64,000 bases of DNA from an uncultured bacterium (GTDB taxonomy: Bacteria > Acidobacteriota > HRBIN11 > JAKEFK01). Location: contig CAVZQN010000004.1 of the NCBI GenBank assembly GCA_963777505.1, positions 416,001-480,000 of the forward strand, written 5' to 3'. Below, in pieces: positions 37,677-49,935 of this stretch. The position numbers and the translations under genes were made by a program. The notes under the pieces were generated by a model. It ran no database searches. It was given only the letters and a program-made list of their open reading frames with translations, and had not been told where the DNA came from. Position 1 is the first letter of the stretch. Every line of letters begins with the position of its first letter.

Positions 37677-38153
37677 ATGAATAAAAGCCTTCGAGTATTT
37701 TCTATGTTTCTTGCTATTTGCGTCCTGATGATAGGCTTCGCAATAGCAGACGAAGAAAAAGAAACCCCACCCGCTTCTGCGACCGATAATGAACTTGTGA
37801 AATCGATCTCCGAAAAACTTTCAGTGAAACCGGAACAAGCAGCCGGGGGCGTTGGATCAATCTTCAATTATGCGAAAGGTAAGCTAAGCCCTGAAGACTT
37901 TGGAAAAGTTTCCAGCGCGATTCCTGAAATGGATTCTCTGTTAAGTGCAGCGCCTGCAATGGATTCAACAACAGCAACGGCAATGGCGAAATTGGGATCA
38001 AGTGCTGCAGGCATTGCAAGTCTGGGTAGTTCATTTGAAAAACTTGGTTTATCACCAGACATGGTTGGGAAGTTTGTGCCTGAAATTCTGAACTATACCC
38101 AACTCAAAGGCGGCGACGCTACCAAGAATATTCTTGCAAACGTTTTAAAGTAA
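37677..38153 (+). CDS. DUF2780-family exported protein
   Basis: QAAGGVGSIFNYAKGKLSPEDF..AIPEMDSLLSAAP, SFEKLGLSPDMVGKFVP. Confidence 0.75.
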   Translation: MNKSLRVFSMFLAICVLMIGFAIADEEKETPPASATDNELVKSISEKLSVKPEQAAGGVGSIFNYAKGKLSPEDFGKVSSAIPEMDSLLSAAPAMDSTTATAMAKLGSSAAGIASLGSSFEKLGLSPDMVGKFVPEILNYTQLKGGDATKNILANVLK

Positions 38154-38324
38154 GCAGACTTTCAATAGTTCATTTATTTTCCTCGATTAGAAGGCTTGCT
38201 CTGACGGAAGTGTCAGTGCGATGCCCGACACACCTTTAGTGTCTCCAATAGTTAAGTCCCGCATTAATGGTTAGACTTTTAGGCCTTCCAAAGACAAAAA
38301 TAGTTATACTTACTCCTTTATATT

Positions 38325-40708
38325 ATGTTGAGCGGCGATACAGTTTCGAATTACAAGATTATCAGGGAAATCGGTGGCGGAGGAATGGGCGTCGTTTATG
38401 AAGCTGAAGACCTGACTCTTCGCCGTAACGTCGCATTGAAGTTTCTTCCCGATCATCTAGCGCAGAACGCAGATGCATTGAAACGTTTTCAGGTAGAAGC
38501 GCGTTCCGCATCGGCTCTCAATCATCCAAACATTTGCATCATTCATGAGTTTGGCGAATACGAAGGTCGTCCATTCATTGTGATGGAATTCATTAAGGGT
38601 GGGACGCTGAAGCAGATGATTGATGGAAAGCCGATGGAAATAGATCGCGCAGTAGATTTGGCAATTCAAATTGCCGATGCATTGGATGCTAGCGCACAAA
38701 GAAGGGATCATTCATCGTGACATCAAACCTGCCAACATTTTTGTAACAGATCGCGGAGTTGCAAAACTTTTAGACTTTGGTCTGGCAAAGCAAGTTGGAC
38801 TTGAAATTGCCCCCGGTGATCAACCTACTGGGACACTCTCAGAGTCACTGACTGGTGTAGGTTCAATTATGGGGACATTTGCCTATATGTCACCTGAACA
38901 AGCAAAAGGACAGGCACTTGATGCTCGCACTGATTTATTTTCCTTCGGTGTTGTTTTGTATGAGATGGTCAGCGGTGCACAAGCCTTTCCAGGCCGAACA
39001 ACTGGTGAGATGTTGGAGGCACTCTTTATGCGTGAACCACCCTCACTGGAAAATCTGAATACGAGTGTGCCTGTAAACTTGCAGAAAATTATTGCAAAGA
39101 CATTACAGAAGGATCGGAACTTCCGGTATCAAAGTGCAGCAGATTTGCTGAATGACCTTCAAGGCTTGAAGAACAATTCTTCAGTGCTAACTAATGACAA
39201 TGCTGCAATCTCATTCAAAAAAGAAATGCCCCAACGCAAGAGTCTATATTTGGTAATTGGAATTGCTTCTCTGATTCTTGCCGTCGTTGCAGGGCTTTGG
39301 CTGAATTATAGAAAACCAAAGATCGAGTCCGTAGCGGCCGTGCAGGCTGGTTCTCCGTCCATTGCTGTTCTTCCTTTTGTTAATATGAGTACCGATAAAG
39401 ACCAGGATTTTTTTTCTGACGGTCTTACCGAAGAGTTACTCAACGATCTTGCAAAAATTCCGGGACTTCATGTGACAGGGCGAACTTCTTCATTTCAGTT
39501 CAAAGGACAAAAAGAAGACCTTCGCGTGATTGCAAAAAAATTGAATGTCGCCAACATCCTTGAAGGGAGCGTACGGAAAGATGGAAAACGTGTTAGGGTG
39601 ACGGCACAACTTGTCAGCGCAGAAGATGGTTTTCATAAGTGGTCAGAGACGTATGACAGAGAATTGAACGACATCTTTGCTGTACAAGAAGAGATCTCCC
39701 GCAATGTAGCCGAAGCTCTCAAAGTGAAACTTCTCGATCAAAAAGTATCTTTGACACAGAAGAAAAATGGCGATGCATACAGTGCGTATCTTCAAGGACA
39801 ATACTTTAACGACCGGTTAACGACCGAAGATTTGCAAAAGGCGATTACGTATTATCAGAAAGCAATCGAGATTGATCCTAACTACGCTCCGGCTTGGACC
39901 GGGCTGGCCAGGATTTATCGAATCCAGGCAAATCGGGGAGATTTGGAGAATGACGAAGGCTATCGTAAAGCTCGCGAGGCTGTAGAGAAAGCATTCGCAC
40001 TTGATGAAAATCTTGCAACAGCGCATTCCGAAATGGGATGGATCAAGAGAAGTTATGATTGGGATTGGAGTGGTGCTGAAGCGTCTTTCCAGCGCGCTCT
40101 CAAGCTTGAGCCAGGGAATGCAACAATCGTACGCGGGGCAGCTGTACTTCCCGGAACACTCGGACGTTTTGAGGAAGCAATTGAGTTAGATCAAAAGGCA
40201 TTAGAGCTCGACCCACTGAACCCGATCATTTATAACAATCTCGGTCTTCATACTTATCGCTCTGAACAATACGACGAATCAAGTAAGGCATTCAAAAAAG
40301 CGTTGGAGCTAAACCCTGAGTATCCTGAAGTCCATGTATATCTTGGGCGAGTTTATTTAATCCAATCACGAAACGATGAAGCTCAAGCCGAAATTGCAAA
40401 AGAAAGAAATCCGCTTTGGCGGACTTATGGGTTTGCTTTGGCATATCATGCATCAGAAAAGAAAAACGAGGCAGACGCAGCCCTCAAAGAGCTTACCGAA
40501 AAATATCAAAGCCGTGCAGCTTTTCAGATTGCCGAAGTACATGCCTTTCGCGGCGAAACAGATCAGGCATTTCAGTGGCTTGAACGTGCCTTATTCCCAG
40601 CGGGAAAGTGATGTGACCTATGTAAAAGGGGATCCATTGCTGAAAAACATAGAGAATGATCCACGCTACTCATCCTTCCTTGTAAAAATGCGCTTGCCTG
40701 TCGACTAA
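38325..40708 (+). CDS. Hanks-type Ser/Thr kinase + TM + TolB-like/TPR domain, copy 1; apparent frameshifts at ~38691 and ~40591
   Basis: GGGGMG, VALK, HRDIKPAN, DFGLAK, YMSPEQ; SIAVLPFVNMS..FSDGLTEEL; TPRs; three ORFs join colinearly with copy 2. Confidence 0.85.
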
Positions 40709-40761
40709 TTGCAAGCCGTGATCCGTCTTATTAAACTTCATCCTGAGGTTATAGCTCTGTT

Positions 40762-43172
40762 GTGATTGGCGAAACAATTTCTAACTACCGAATTATTAAG
40801 GAACTTGGCGGCGGCGGAATGGGAGTTTTGTATGAAGCGGAGGACGTTATACTTCGCCGCCATGTAGCGTTGAAATTTCTACCCGATCATTTGGCAAACA
40901 ACATTGACGCTTTGAATCGTTTTCAGCGTGAAGCACGCTCTGCATCGGCTCTCAATCATCCAAACATCTGCGTCATTCATAAGATCAGCGATTATGAAGG
41001 GCGTCCATTCATCGTAATGGAAATGATGAAAGGGAATCCGTTAAAGGACTTGATTGATGGAAAGCCGATGCCGACCGATCGTGTGTTGGATTTGGGAATC
41101 CAGATTGCAGATGCACTGGATGCCGCCCATAAAGAAGGGATTATTCATCGTGACATCAAACCTGCCAACATTTTTGTAACAGAGCGAGGAATTGCAAAAC
41201 TTCTTGATTTTGGACTGGCCAAGCAAACTGGAATACAGGTTGTTGCCGATCAAGATCGCCCCACTCAAGGCGTTGAAGATGCTTACACCGGAATCGGAAC
41301 GATCATGGGTACGATTGCATACATGTCGCCTGAACAGGCAAGAGGCGAGGAACTCGATGCCCGCACTGATATCTTCTCATTCGCTATTGTGTTGTATGAA
41401 ATGCTTAGCGGTATACAACCGTTTCCAGGTAAGACTATGGGGGAAATGCTTGAAACGCTATTTACGCGTGAACCGCCCTCGTTATCAAGCCTGAATCTTA
41501 GTTTGCCACCAAAATTACAGGAAATTCTTACTAAAGCGTTAGAGAAGGACCGCAACGTCCGCTACCAAAACATTGGAGATATGCTGAATGATTTGCGGAG
41601 CTTAAAAAGCGACACCGCAATCATGAAAAAAGGGGAGCGGACTTCCGGATTACGTACAGCCGAACACGGTCAATCTATACTGGATGTCCAGAAACCTCGC
41701 AGCAGAAGTTTGTATTTCGTAGTAGGAATTCTTTTGTGTTCCTTGCTGTCATCGTAGGACTATGGCTGAACTACAAAAAGAAGCCAGAGATTGAACCTGT
41801 ATCAGCCGTGCAATCTGGTTCTCCTTCCATCGCTGTTCTTCCTTTTGTGAACATGAGTACCGATAAGGATCAGGAATTCTTTTCCGATGGACTTACTGAA
41901 GAGCTAATCGATGATCTTGCAAAAGTTCCGGGACTTCGCGTAACAGGAAGAACTTCTTCATTTCAGTTTAAAGGAAAAAAAGAAGATCTTCGGGTGATTG
42001 CAAAAAAATTGAATGTAGCAAATCTGCTGGAAGGAAGTGTTCGAAAAGAAGGATCCCGTGTGAGAATCACTGCACAGCTTATCAGTGCAGCAGATGGCTT
42101 TCATAAATGGTCAGAAACGTATGACAGAGAATTGAACGATATTTTTGCCGTTCAAGATGAAATCTCTCGAAATGTAGCCGAAGCGCTCAAAGTCAAACTC
42201 CTCGATCAAAAAGTGTTAACACAAGGTAAAAGTGGTGATGCATATAATGCTTTTTTGCAAGGACGATACTTCAATGACAGGTTTACAGCAGAAAATCTTC
42301 AGAAGGCAATCACGTACTATCAAAAAGCAATTGAGATAGATCCGAATTATGCGCCTGCCTGGACCGGTCTTGCAAGAGTGCACCGTATTCAAGCAAATCG
42401 CGGCGAGATTCCGTATGACGAAGGATACAGAAACGCCCGGGAGGAAGTCGAGAAAGCACTAATGCTGGATGAAACTCTTGCGGTATCTCATGCCGAAAAG
42501 GGATGGATCAAAAGAAGTTATGACTGGGATTGGGATGGAGCAGAAGTTTCTTTCCAACGCGCACTCAAGCTTGAACCAGGAAACGCAACCATCGTTCGGG
42601 GTGCTGCGGTAGTCCCCAGCACGCTCGGACGTTTCGATGATGCGATTGAGATGAGCCACCGTGCATTAGAGTTGGATCCGCTAAGCCCACTTATTTATAA
42701 CAACCTTGGACTTCAAACCTATTACGCCGGACGATATGAAGAATCGATTTCGGCATTCAAAAAAGCGTTAGAGCTCAATCCTGAGCTTTCAGAAATCCAT
42801 GTGTACCTTTGCCGCGTTTACTTGTTGCAGTCTCGCTTTGCAGACGCATTTGATGAAATAGCGAAGGAAAAAGATTCACTCTGGCAATCGTATGGTTATG
42901 CTCTGGCACATCATGCAAGCGGAAAGAAAAACGAAGCAGATGCAGCACTCAAAGAGCTGACTGAAAAATATCAGAGCAGGTCAGCGTTCCAGATTGCTCA
43001 GGTGCATGCATTTCGCGGCGAAAACGATCAGGCGTTTCAGTGGCTTGAGCGCGCCTATTCCCAGCGCGAAAGTGATGTAACCTACGTAAAAGGCGATCCA
43101 CTGCTGAAGAACATAAAGAACGACCCACGCTACAAATCGTTCCTTACCAAAATGCGCCTGCCCGTTGACTGA
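40762..43172 (+). CDS. Hanks-type Ser/Thr kinase + TM + TolB-like/TPR domain, copy 2; apparent frameshift at ~41732
   Basis: Same motifs and near-identical C-terminus (KMRLPVD) as copy 1. Confidence 0.85.
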
Positions 43173-43303
43173 TTCTAACCGATAAAGTGATTTTACCGGT
43201 TAGATGCTCTCATCATCAATATAGCCGGTATTGCTGACAATATCCTTGTGTTATTGTTAATTCTGAGTTTGATTGGAATCTGCACCAACTTCCGGACAAA
43301 ACG

Positions 43304-44932
43304 ATGAAAATAAAACTTGTATTATTAACGGCATTTCTAGCAGTCACTGTATTATGTTTCGCACAACAACCAAACGTGGATGAAAAGGTTTCATCCTTAG
43401 AAATTACTCTTGAAGATACGCCTCCTGCAACTTTGTACTACCAGAATCGAGAGATCGTCACACTTCGCGCAACAATAGGAAAGACAAGGCCGGAACAACG
43501 CGTTGCTGGAGCGTTGCGCCGCCTGGAGGGGCTTCCTGATTTTGCCCGAAGAGATAAAGTTCGTCTGGAAAAGATCGCTGAAGGATTGCTTTTAGCGGTT
43601 GGCTCTAACATGATTGTGGGAATCGCACCGCAGGATCTTGATCCGGCTTCCGGTAGAACTCTGGAACAAGAAGGTCAACGTGCAGTATCAAACTTAACAG
43701 CCGCTCTAGAAGCCCAGTGGAAGCAAAAGGATGTTGGGATTCTTGTGCGTGGTATCGCACTATCTGTGCTTGCCACTCTAATATTCCTTTTTGTTTTCCT
43801 CAACTTATTGAAGATGCGTGTCCGTGTGCTTGACTATTTTTCACGGAAAACTGAAGGTGAAAAACTGAGGATTTTTGGTTTTGATCTAAAAAATCAGGTC
43901 TCAGCTCTTGCTCAAGTATTTGTAAGGCTTCTTGTTTTCTCCCTGATATTACTGTCGGCATATTTCTGGTTAACGTTCGTCTTTCAGCAGTTTCCATATA
44001 CATATCCATGGGGAAAGGCCTTGGGTGGCTTTTTCTTGCAGAGCATTGGAACCCTTGCATCTGGCTTCGTTAAAGCGATACCAGGATTGCTCACTGTAAT
44101 TATAATTTTTGGGATCACGCGAGTTATCGCGAGGCTTGTACGTGATTTCTTTCAAGGAGTTGAATCCCGACGAGTCAATGTTCCGGGAGTGTATTCAGAG
44201 ACCGCAGGCGCAACCAGACGCCTTATCATTGTACTGCTGTGGTTGTTCGCACTTGTAATTGCATATCCTTACATTCCAGGGTCCCAAACGGATGCATTTA
44301 AAGGAATCAGTGTCTTTGTTGGTTTGATGTTCACGGTGGGATCTGCCGGTGTTGTGAATCATTTAATGAGCGGCCTCGTTCTGGTTTATTCCCGAGCCCT
44401 TCAGAAAGATGACTATGTCGCAGTCGGAGAAGTAGAAGGAACAGTGCAAGAAGTTGGCCCTCTGTCAGTGAAGATTGCTACGCTCGATCGAAGAGAGATA
44501 ACGATTCCTAACACGGTTATGACGAACACCAACATCGTTAATTATTCCCGCATATCGAAGGAGCAGGGGCTCCTTCTTCGCGCTACAGTAACGATTGGAT
44601 ACGATGCCCCCTGGAGACAGGTGCATGAACTTTTGAAACTCGCTGCCAGCAAAACGGGAGGACTTCGTAAGGATTCAGAACCCTATGTTTTACAGAGTGC
44701 TTTGTCTGACTTTTTCGTTGAATATAAGTTGTGCGTTCCATTGGAGGTTCCTAAAGAACGCTTCCGCAGATTATCGGAGCTTCACGCAAATATTCAGGAT
44801 GCGTTTAATGAATATGGTGTTCAGATTTGCTCACCTCATTTCGAAGCACAACCAGAAGGTAGGGTCGTCGTTCCAAAGTCGAAATGGTTTTCTGCCCCGG
44901 CAGGTGATGAGAATCAAAAAAAAGTGGAATGA
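43304..44932 (+). CDS. MscS-family mechanosensitive channel with periplasmic N-terminal domain
   Basis: SGLVLVYSRALQKDDYVAVG, EITIPN, TVTIGYDAPWRQVH, IQDAFNEYGVQI. Confidence 0.9.
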   Translation: MKIKLVLLTAFLAVTVLCFAQQPNVDEKVSSLEITLEDTPPATLYYQNREIVTLRATIGKTRPEQRVAGALRRLEGLPDFARRDKVRLEKIAEGLLLAVGSNMIVGIAPQDLDPASGRTLEQEGQRAVSNLTAALEAQWKQKDVGILVRGIALSVLATLIFLFVFLNLLKMRVRVLDYFSRKTEGEKLRIFGFDLKNQVSALAQVFVRLLVFSLILLSAYFWLTFVFQQFPYTYPWGKALGGFFLQSIGTLASGFVKAIPGLLTVIIIFGITRVIARLVRDFFQGVESRRVNVPGVYSETAGATRRLIIVLLWLFALVIAYPYIPGSQTDAFKGISVFVGLMFTVGSAGVVNHLMSGLVLVYSRALQKDDYVAVGEVEGTVQEVGPLSVKIATLDRREITIPNTVMTNTNIVNYSRISKEQGLLLRATVTIGYDAPWRQVHELLKLAASKTGGLRKDSEPYVLQSALSDFFVEYKLCVPLEVPKERFRRLSELHANIQDAFNEYGVQICSPHFEAQPEGRVVVPKSKWFSAPAGDENQKKVE

Positions 44933-44971
44933 AAACGTAAAGCGCAAACTCTTGTAAAATAATATTCGAGT

Positions 44972-46243
44972 ATGAATTACGGAATAAAAAAAGGACCCAT
45001 AAGTTCTTGCCTGATTGTGCTGTTTATAATTTCAATTTCAATTGCGGCTGAACCTCAGGTTGATTTTGATCAGCTTCCTAAACTGAAGGCCGATTCCATC
45101 CTCGAAAAGATTTCAGTTCAACGAACTAATTATCAAATCAAAGATCCAGTTTTAAGTGACGGTTACAGTTATGAATTTACAATTGAATCGCAATTCGGGA
45201 GTTTTACAGCGCGAAGTCAGACACAGCTTTTGATCCGATTACACGAAATTGATGCAATTGCACAATTGAAAGAAATTACAGGCGGTGAAGCTTTTGCGAA
45301 AGCAGCGGGGGAAGCCGCAACACATTCTCTTGAGGCCACCGCGAATTTTGTCCAGAATCCTGTAGAGACTGCAAAGGGAATCCCGGGTGGAGTGAAGCGG
45401 AAATTTGAAAATATCGGACGATTCGTTAAGCGGAGCACAGACAGCGATGAAGATGAAGACGAAGAGAAAGATTCAAGCGCTGCTTCCGATGCGACCAAAC
45501 AAGTCCTGGGTGTTAATAGTGCTCTTAGAAGTTGGGCACAAAAAGTCGAAGTCGATCCATACTCTTCAAATGTTGTTCTTCAACAAGAATTGCAACGATT
45601 AGCGAAATATGATTCCGCAGGAAAATTAGCAACCAACATCGTTCGCCCAAAAGTGCAACCGTTGGGAACGACAAGTAAAGTGAATGATCTGGTTTGGGCA
45701 AATGATCCGCAAGCACTGATGAAGCTCAATGAACAGCGCTTGCAAAGTATGGGAGTAGATCCAGAATTAAGCAAAAAGTTTTTGAATCATAGAGTTCTAA
45801 CTCCAACGGATCAAACTTATATTCTTTCTTCACTGGATGGACTGAAACAGGCTGAAGGCCGCGCTGAATTCATCCGTAGTACGCTCACTGCGGAGTCGGA
45901 AGAGGAAGCCTTTCTCTATCGCGATAGCGCTTCTATTCTGGAGAAGATGCAATCAAAAGGCACAACAATTTCACAGTTCCTTCCAAATCCAAGAATTGCC
46001 GTAGTGCAGTCTGGTAAACGCTTTGTCGCAGTGCTTCCCGCTGATGGACTTTATTGGACACGGAGTTTTGCTACTGCGGTGGAGGAATTTACAAAGCGTC
46101 ACAAAAATAGCTTTCAAAATAGCGAATCAAAGGAAATATGGTTATCAGGTGCGGCATCGGAACGTGCACGTTCTCAACTTGCTAAAAAAGGGTGGAAAAT
46201 TCACGAGAATTTATTGCACTCCACAAATGCTGCAAGCGAATAA
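44972..46243 (+). CDS. Exported hypothetical protein
   Basis: 423-aa ORF with signal peptide, in line with neighbours; no family recognised. Confidence 0.7.
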   Translation: MNYGIKKGPISSCLIVLFIISISIAAEPQVDFDQLPKLKADSILEKISVQRTNYQIKDPVLSDGYSYEFTIESQFGSFTARSQTQLLIRLHEIDAIAQLKEITGGEAFAKAAGEAATHSLEATANFVQNPVETAKGIPGGVKRKFENIGRFVKRSTDSDEDEDEEKDSSAASDATKQVLGVNSALRSWAQKVEVDPYSSNVVLQQELQRLAKYDSAGKLATNIVRPKVQPLGTTSKVNDLVWANDPQALMKLNEQRLQSMGVDPELSKKFLNHRVLTPTDQTYILSSLDGLKQAEGRAEFIRSTLTAESEEEAFLYRDSASILEKMQSKGTTISQFLPNPRIAVVQSGKRFVAVLPADGLYWTRSFATAVEEFTKRHKNSFQNSESKEIWLSGAASERARSQLAKKGWKIHENLLHSTNAASE

Positions 46244-46284
46244 AAACTAGGACCATGTTTTGCTTAAAAAAGTGAGGTGATTTC

Positions 46285-48496
46285 TTGAAACAGGCACGCA
46301 TCATTCTAGCCCTCGTCTTTGTGTTGTACTCGGCATTCACATATGCGCAGGAAAGCGCACAAAAACCTCGACCAAAAATTGGCCTTGTTTTAAGCGGCGG
46401 TGGAGCGCGAGGATTTGCTCACATTGGAGCTTTGCAGTGGTTTGAAGAACACCGAATTCCGGTCGATTATGTCGCAGGTACCAGCATGGGTGGATTGATC
46501 GGTGGAATGTATGCCATTGGTAAAACTCCACAAGAGATGAAGGATATTTCCTACAACATAAATTGGATTGATTTGTTTCGACCTGTACCAGCTTATGACG
46601 ATTTGAGTTTCAGAAGAAAACAAGATCGAAGAGCTTATCCAAACGCGATCGAAATGGGATTGAAAAATGGAATTTCATTACCAAGCGGCTTGAATTCCGG
46701 CCACCAGATAGGGATTCTGTTTAGCGATCTCACACTTCCATATTCCAATATTGCAAGTTTCGATGAGTTACCGATTCCATTCCGTTGCATGGCAACCGAC
46801 ATGATTGAAGCCAAGCCTGTCGTTCTACACAGGGGTTCCCTCGCTCTTGCATTGCAGGCTACGATGTCGATTCCAGGAGTTTTTTCTCCCGTTCTAATTG
46901 ATGACAAGATTCTTGCGTCTGATGGAGGTCTGCTCAACAACCTTCCAACAGATGTCATGAAAGAAATTGGAGTGGACATCATTATTGCAGTGGATATCGG
47001 CACACCACTTGGCGATGAGCAAGCGATGAGCAGCATTGGTGGTGTTCTTGGTCAGATGATTGGAGTTGTGACAGCTGAGAATGTACGAAGGAATCGCAAA
47101 CTTGCAGACATTCTGATTACACCAGATTTAAAGCAATATGCAACGATGGATTTTGGTAAAGAACAAGAGATTACTGGACTTGGTTATGACGGGACGGAAA
47201 AAGAATCGTCCAAACTACTTCCTCTTGCGCTGAGCGAAAGCGATTGGCAAGAACACATGAATCAGCGGCGTTCACGCATCCGAAATTCGGTTCCTGAACC
47301 CCAATTTGTTACAGTTACCGGTACGACACCAGGAGCAAAACAGGAAATTGAACACAAATTTAGCGAGCTTGTTGGCAAGCCTGTTGACACGGAAGTTTTG
47401 GATGAGGAGGTAACGAAAATCTGGGGAAATGGTCGATATTCTGCAGTCGGCTATCGAATGACTGAAGTGAATGACCAACCGGGGTTACTGATTCACGCAA
47501 GACAAAAAACGTATGCTCCTCCCTTTTTGAATCTGGCTCTGGAATTGAATAATACAAGCACGGATGTGCTTGATGTAAATCTTCGCGGCCGCGTTACTTT
47601 GATGGATATTCTCAGTGAGGGTTCTGAGATCAGGTTGGATGCCAGTGTCGGGTCCGAATTATCTTTAGGCGCAGAATACTACTATGTTGTAAAACGAACG
47701 CATTTTTTTGTAGCCCCCTATGCATTTGCGCAAAGAACGAAAACGGGAGTTTTTGCTGAAGAAGAACAAGTGGCTCAATATGAAGTTCGAAGATCTGCGT
47801 TTGGTGCTGATCTAGGTTATGAGTTTAGCTCTGCATCTGAGTTTCGCCTTGGTTATCGCGTAGGTCGATTAGAAGCGTCTCGTGAAATTGGTGATCCAGT
47901 TCTTCCTGAAGTAGAAGGCGAAGAATCGCAAGCATCAATGAGATATGCTTTTGATAACACTGATAGTGCGGTCGTTCCAACGCGCGGTTTCTTAATCGGC
48001 AGCAATCTGCGTTATGTCTTGGATTCACCCATACTTGAAGAGTCATTGGATGATAATAGTTTCACTCAATATTCAGCGCGGGCTTCAGGATTTATTCCAT
48101 TCGGTCGAAAAGAACACAATTTTCGTGCTTGGAGAAGGAGATACTTCGTTCGGTTATCAACCCAGTGCGATTGAACAATTCACAATTGGTGGACTCTTCC
48201 GTGTGAGCGGGTTGAGTAATGACGAATTTCGCGGCAATCACGCAATCATCGGTGGTCTGGGTTATTTAAGAAAGCTGGCCGATATGCCGCCATTACTCGG
48301 AGAAAAAATCTCAGCAGGAATCTGGTACGAGTTCGGTTCTGCGTTTGATGACTGGGATGAAAAAGAAATATTCAACAGTATCAGTGCAGGCCTTTTTGTT
48401 GAAACAATTCTAGGGCCAATTTTCATTGGTGGAAGTTACGGTGAACAAGGAAGAACAAACTTCTATTTTGCAATCGGCCGTTTTTTTGGCAGGTGA
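46285..48496 (+). CDS. Patatin-like phospholipase + POTRA + Omp85-type barrel (PlpD/type Vd-like); apparent frameshift at ~48110
   Basis: LSGGGARG, GTSMG, DGG; C-terminal barrel ending FYFAIGRFF. Confidence 0.85.
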
Positions 48497-48525
48497 AATC
48501 ATTAAATTAGTTATGATGTCATGCG

Positions 48526-48623
48526 ATTCTCCCCCTTGGAGTAGAGGGGGTTGATCGAGTTTCGCTTGCCAAAATTTTCATCAACCCCCTCCTAGCCTTC
48601 ACCTTTATCCAAGGGGGAGGAAC
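48526..48623. repeat. REP-like palindromic doublet, family A copy 3 (degenerate, internal deletion)
   Basis: ATTCTCCCCCTTGGA..AGAGGGGGTTGAT..TCAACCCCCTCCTA..CTTTATCCAAGGGGGAGGAAC. Confidence 0.7.
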
Positions 48624-48643
48624 ACATCCTATCGGAAAAAATT

Positions 48644-49807
48644 CTAAGGAGCAACAATTGCGCCGGATGCAAAGCAGAAACGAAGCAGATATTCCGAATA
48701 TAGGTGAACCTTTTCCGGCTTTCTTGCTTCCGATTCTGAAACTGGATTTGTAGGCATGCATTCATCCCTTGCCATTGAGTTATGTTGCGAACAATCCGGA
48801 TCGTCAACAGGGAGTTGTGTAGTGAAAGCGGCATTGAATGGAGGAAATTCCATCACAATGTTATCCAGATCATCAGCGCCCGAGACTCCGAAACCCAGAG
48901 AGAGCCAGGTAAGCGGTGCAACATACGGTGGAGTCTGAGTGCGCGCATGTGCAAGTGCATAGCGAGGCCGGTCTGCACTCACATCAACCAGATCGAGCAT
49001 CCAATCAGCTGGTTGTTCAATTAGACTTGCGTTCAAGCATTCGTCATCGGCACCATCAAATACAACGAGTCCTTCAACTAAAACTTCCTTTGCAATGAGA
49101 GCTGCATGGCCTGCGCCTTGTGAAAAGCCTGCGACTACAATTTTGTTCCAAACAATGTTGTTAAATGAAAGTTCAGTCGCGCCTCCAAGCGGAACATAGT
49201 AGGCATCCCAACCATAATGATTGGTTCCGTCTGCGATATCTTCTTCGTGAAGGCCTACAAGAGTTGTGTAAAGTCTTTCTAGAATTGAATCTGCTTTTTC
49301 GACGACCAGGAGACTCGATCGATCCACTCCAAGAATCGCTTCCTCGCGTACCTTACCGTGACAATCGTCCCCGCAAGCCGAACCAGTGCACATCGACGAA
49401 ACACTTGTAGTGTTGTCGTAGGAAAGTCCAATGGTTCGATAACCTGCATATGCAGCCATACTGAGCACCAGATCATGTTTATCAGGCTCCATGTTCGTTC
49501 CTGGTAAAAAAACTAAGAGGGGATCGCGGGGAGTTAGTGCCGAATTCGGTAAAAGGACATGATGAAGTGAACAGGGTGCTCTTCGTGTTGAAGCCGAACC
49601 AGGATTCAGAGTGCACCACGACTGAGATGTCGCGGGTCCGTATTGCATGAGATCAACCGGATCATAAGTTCGCATGACAGGTCTGAAGGTAGTGATTAAA
49701 CGTGGGTCAGGACAAGACTTAGTTTGTGCCTGTGCCAAATTCAAAAACATTAGAAGCAATAGCAAGAACGCCGCGATCATTACAGTTATAAGTTTTTTCG
49801 TAAACAT
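48644..49807 (-). CDS. Secreted Cys-rich alpha/beta hydrolase-fold protein (BPSS1187-like)
   Basis: Signal peptide; LLVFLPGT, WNKIVVAGFSQGAGHAA (GxSxG). Confidence 0.7.
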   Translation of the reverse strand: MFTKKLITVMIAAFLLLLLMFLNLAQAQTKSCPDPRLITTFRPVMRTYDPVDLMQYGPATSQSWCTLNPGSASTRRAPCSLHHVLLPNSALTPRDPLLVFLPGTNMEPDKHDLVLSMAAYAGYRTIGLSYDNTTSVSSMCTGSACGDDCHGKVREEAILGVDRSSLLVVEKADSILERLYTTLVGLHEEDIADGTNHYGWDAYYVPLGGATELSFNNIVWNKIVVAGFSQGAGHAALIAKEVLVEGLVVFDGADDECLNASLIEQPADWMLDLVDVSADRPRYALAHARTQTPPYVAPLTWLSLGFGVSGADDLDNIVMEFPPFNAAFTTQLPVDDPDCSQHNSMARDECMPTNPVSESEARKPEKVHLYSEYLLRFCFASGAIVAP

Positions 49808-49935
49808 TTGAGTTTTCTCCTATGTGCATACAGAGGTTGCGATTCAAGAGACGGAGTCGATCCTATAGATCAATTGCGTGATTTAAGGGATGGACGGCCT
49901 CTAACAATGGAAGAAGTATTCCTCCACGATTATTT

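Noticed and set aside
38325-43172. Programmed frameshifting in the kinases
   Set aside because: The shifts occur at different positions in the two paralogues and lack slippery heptamers; better explained as indel errors
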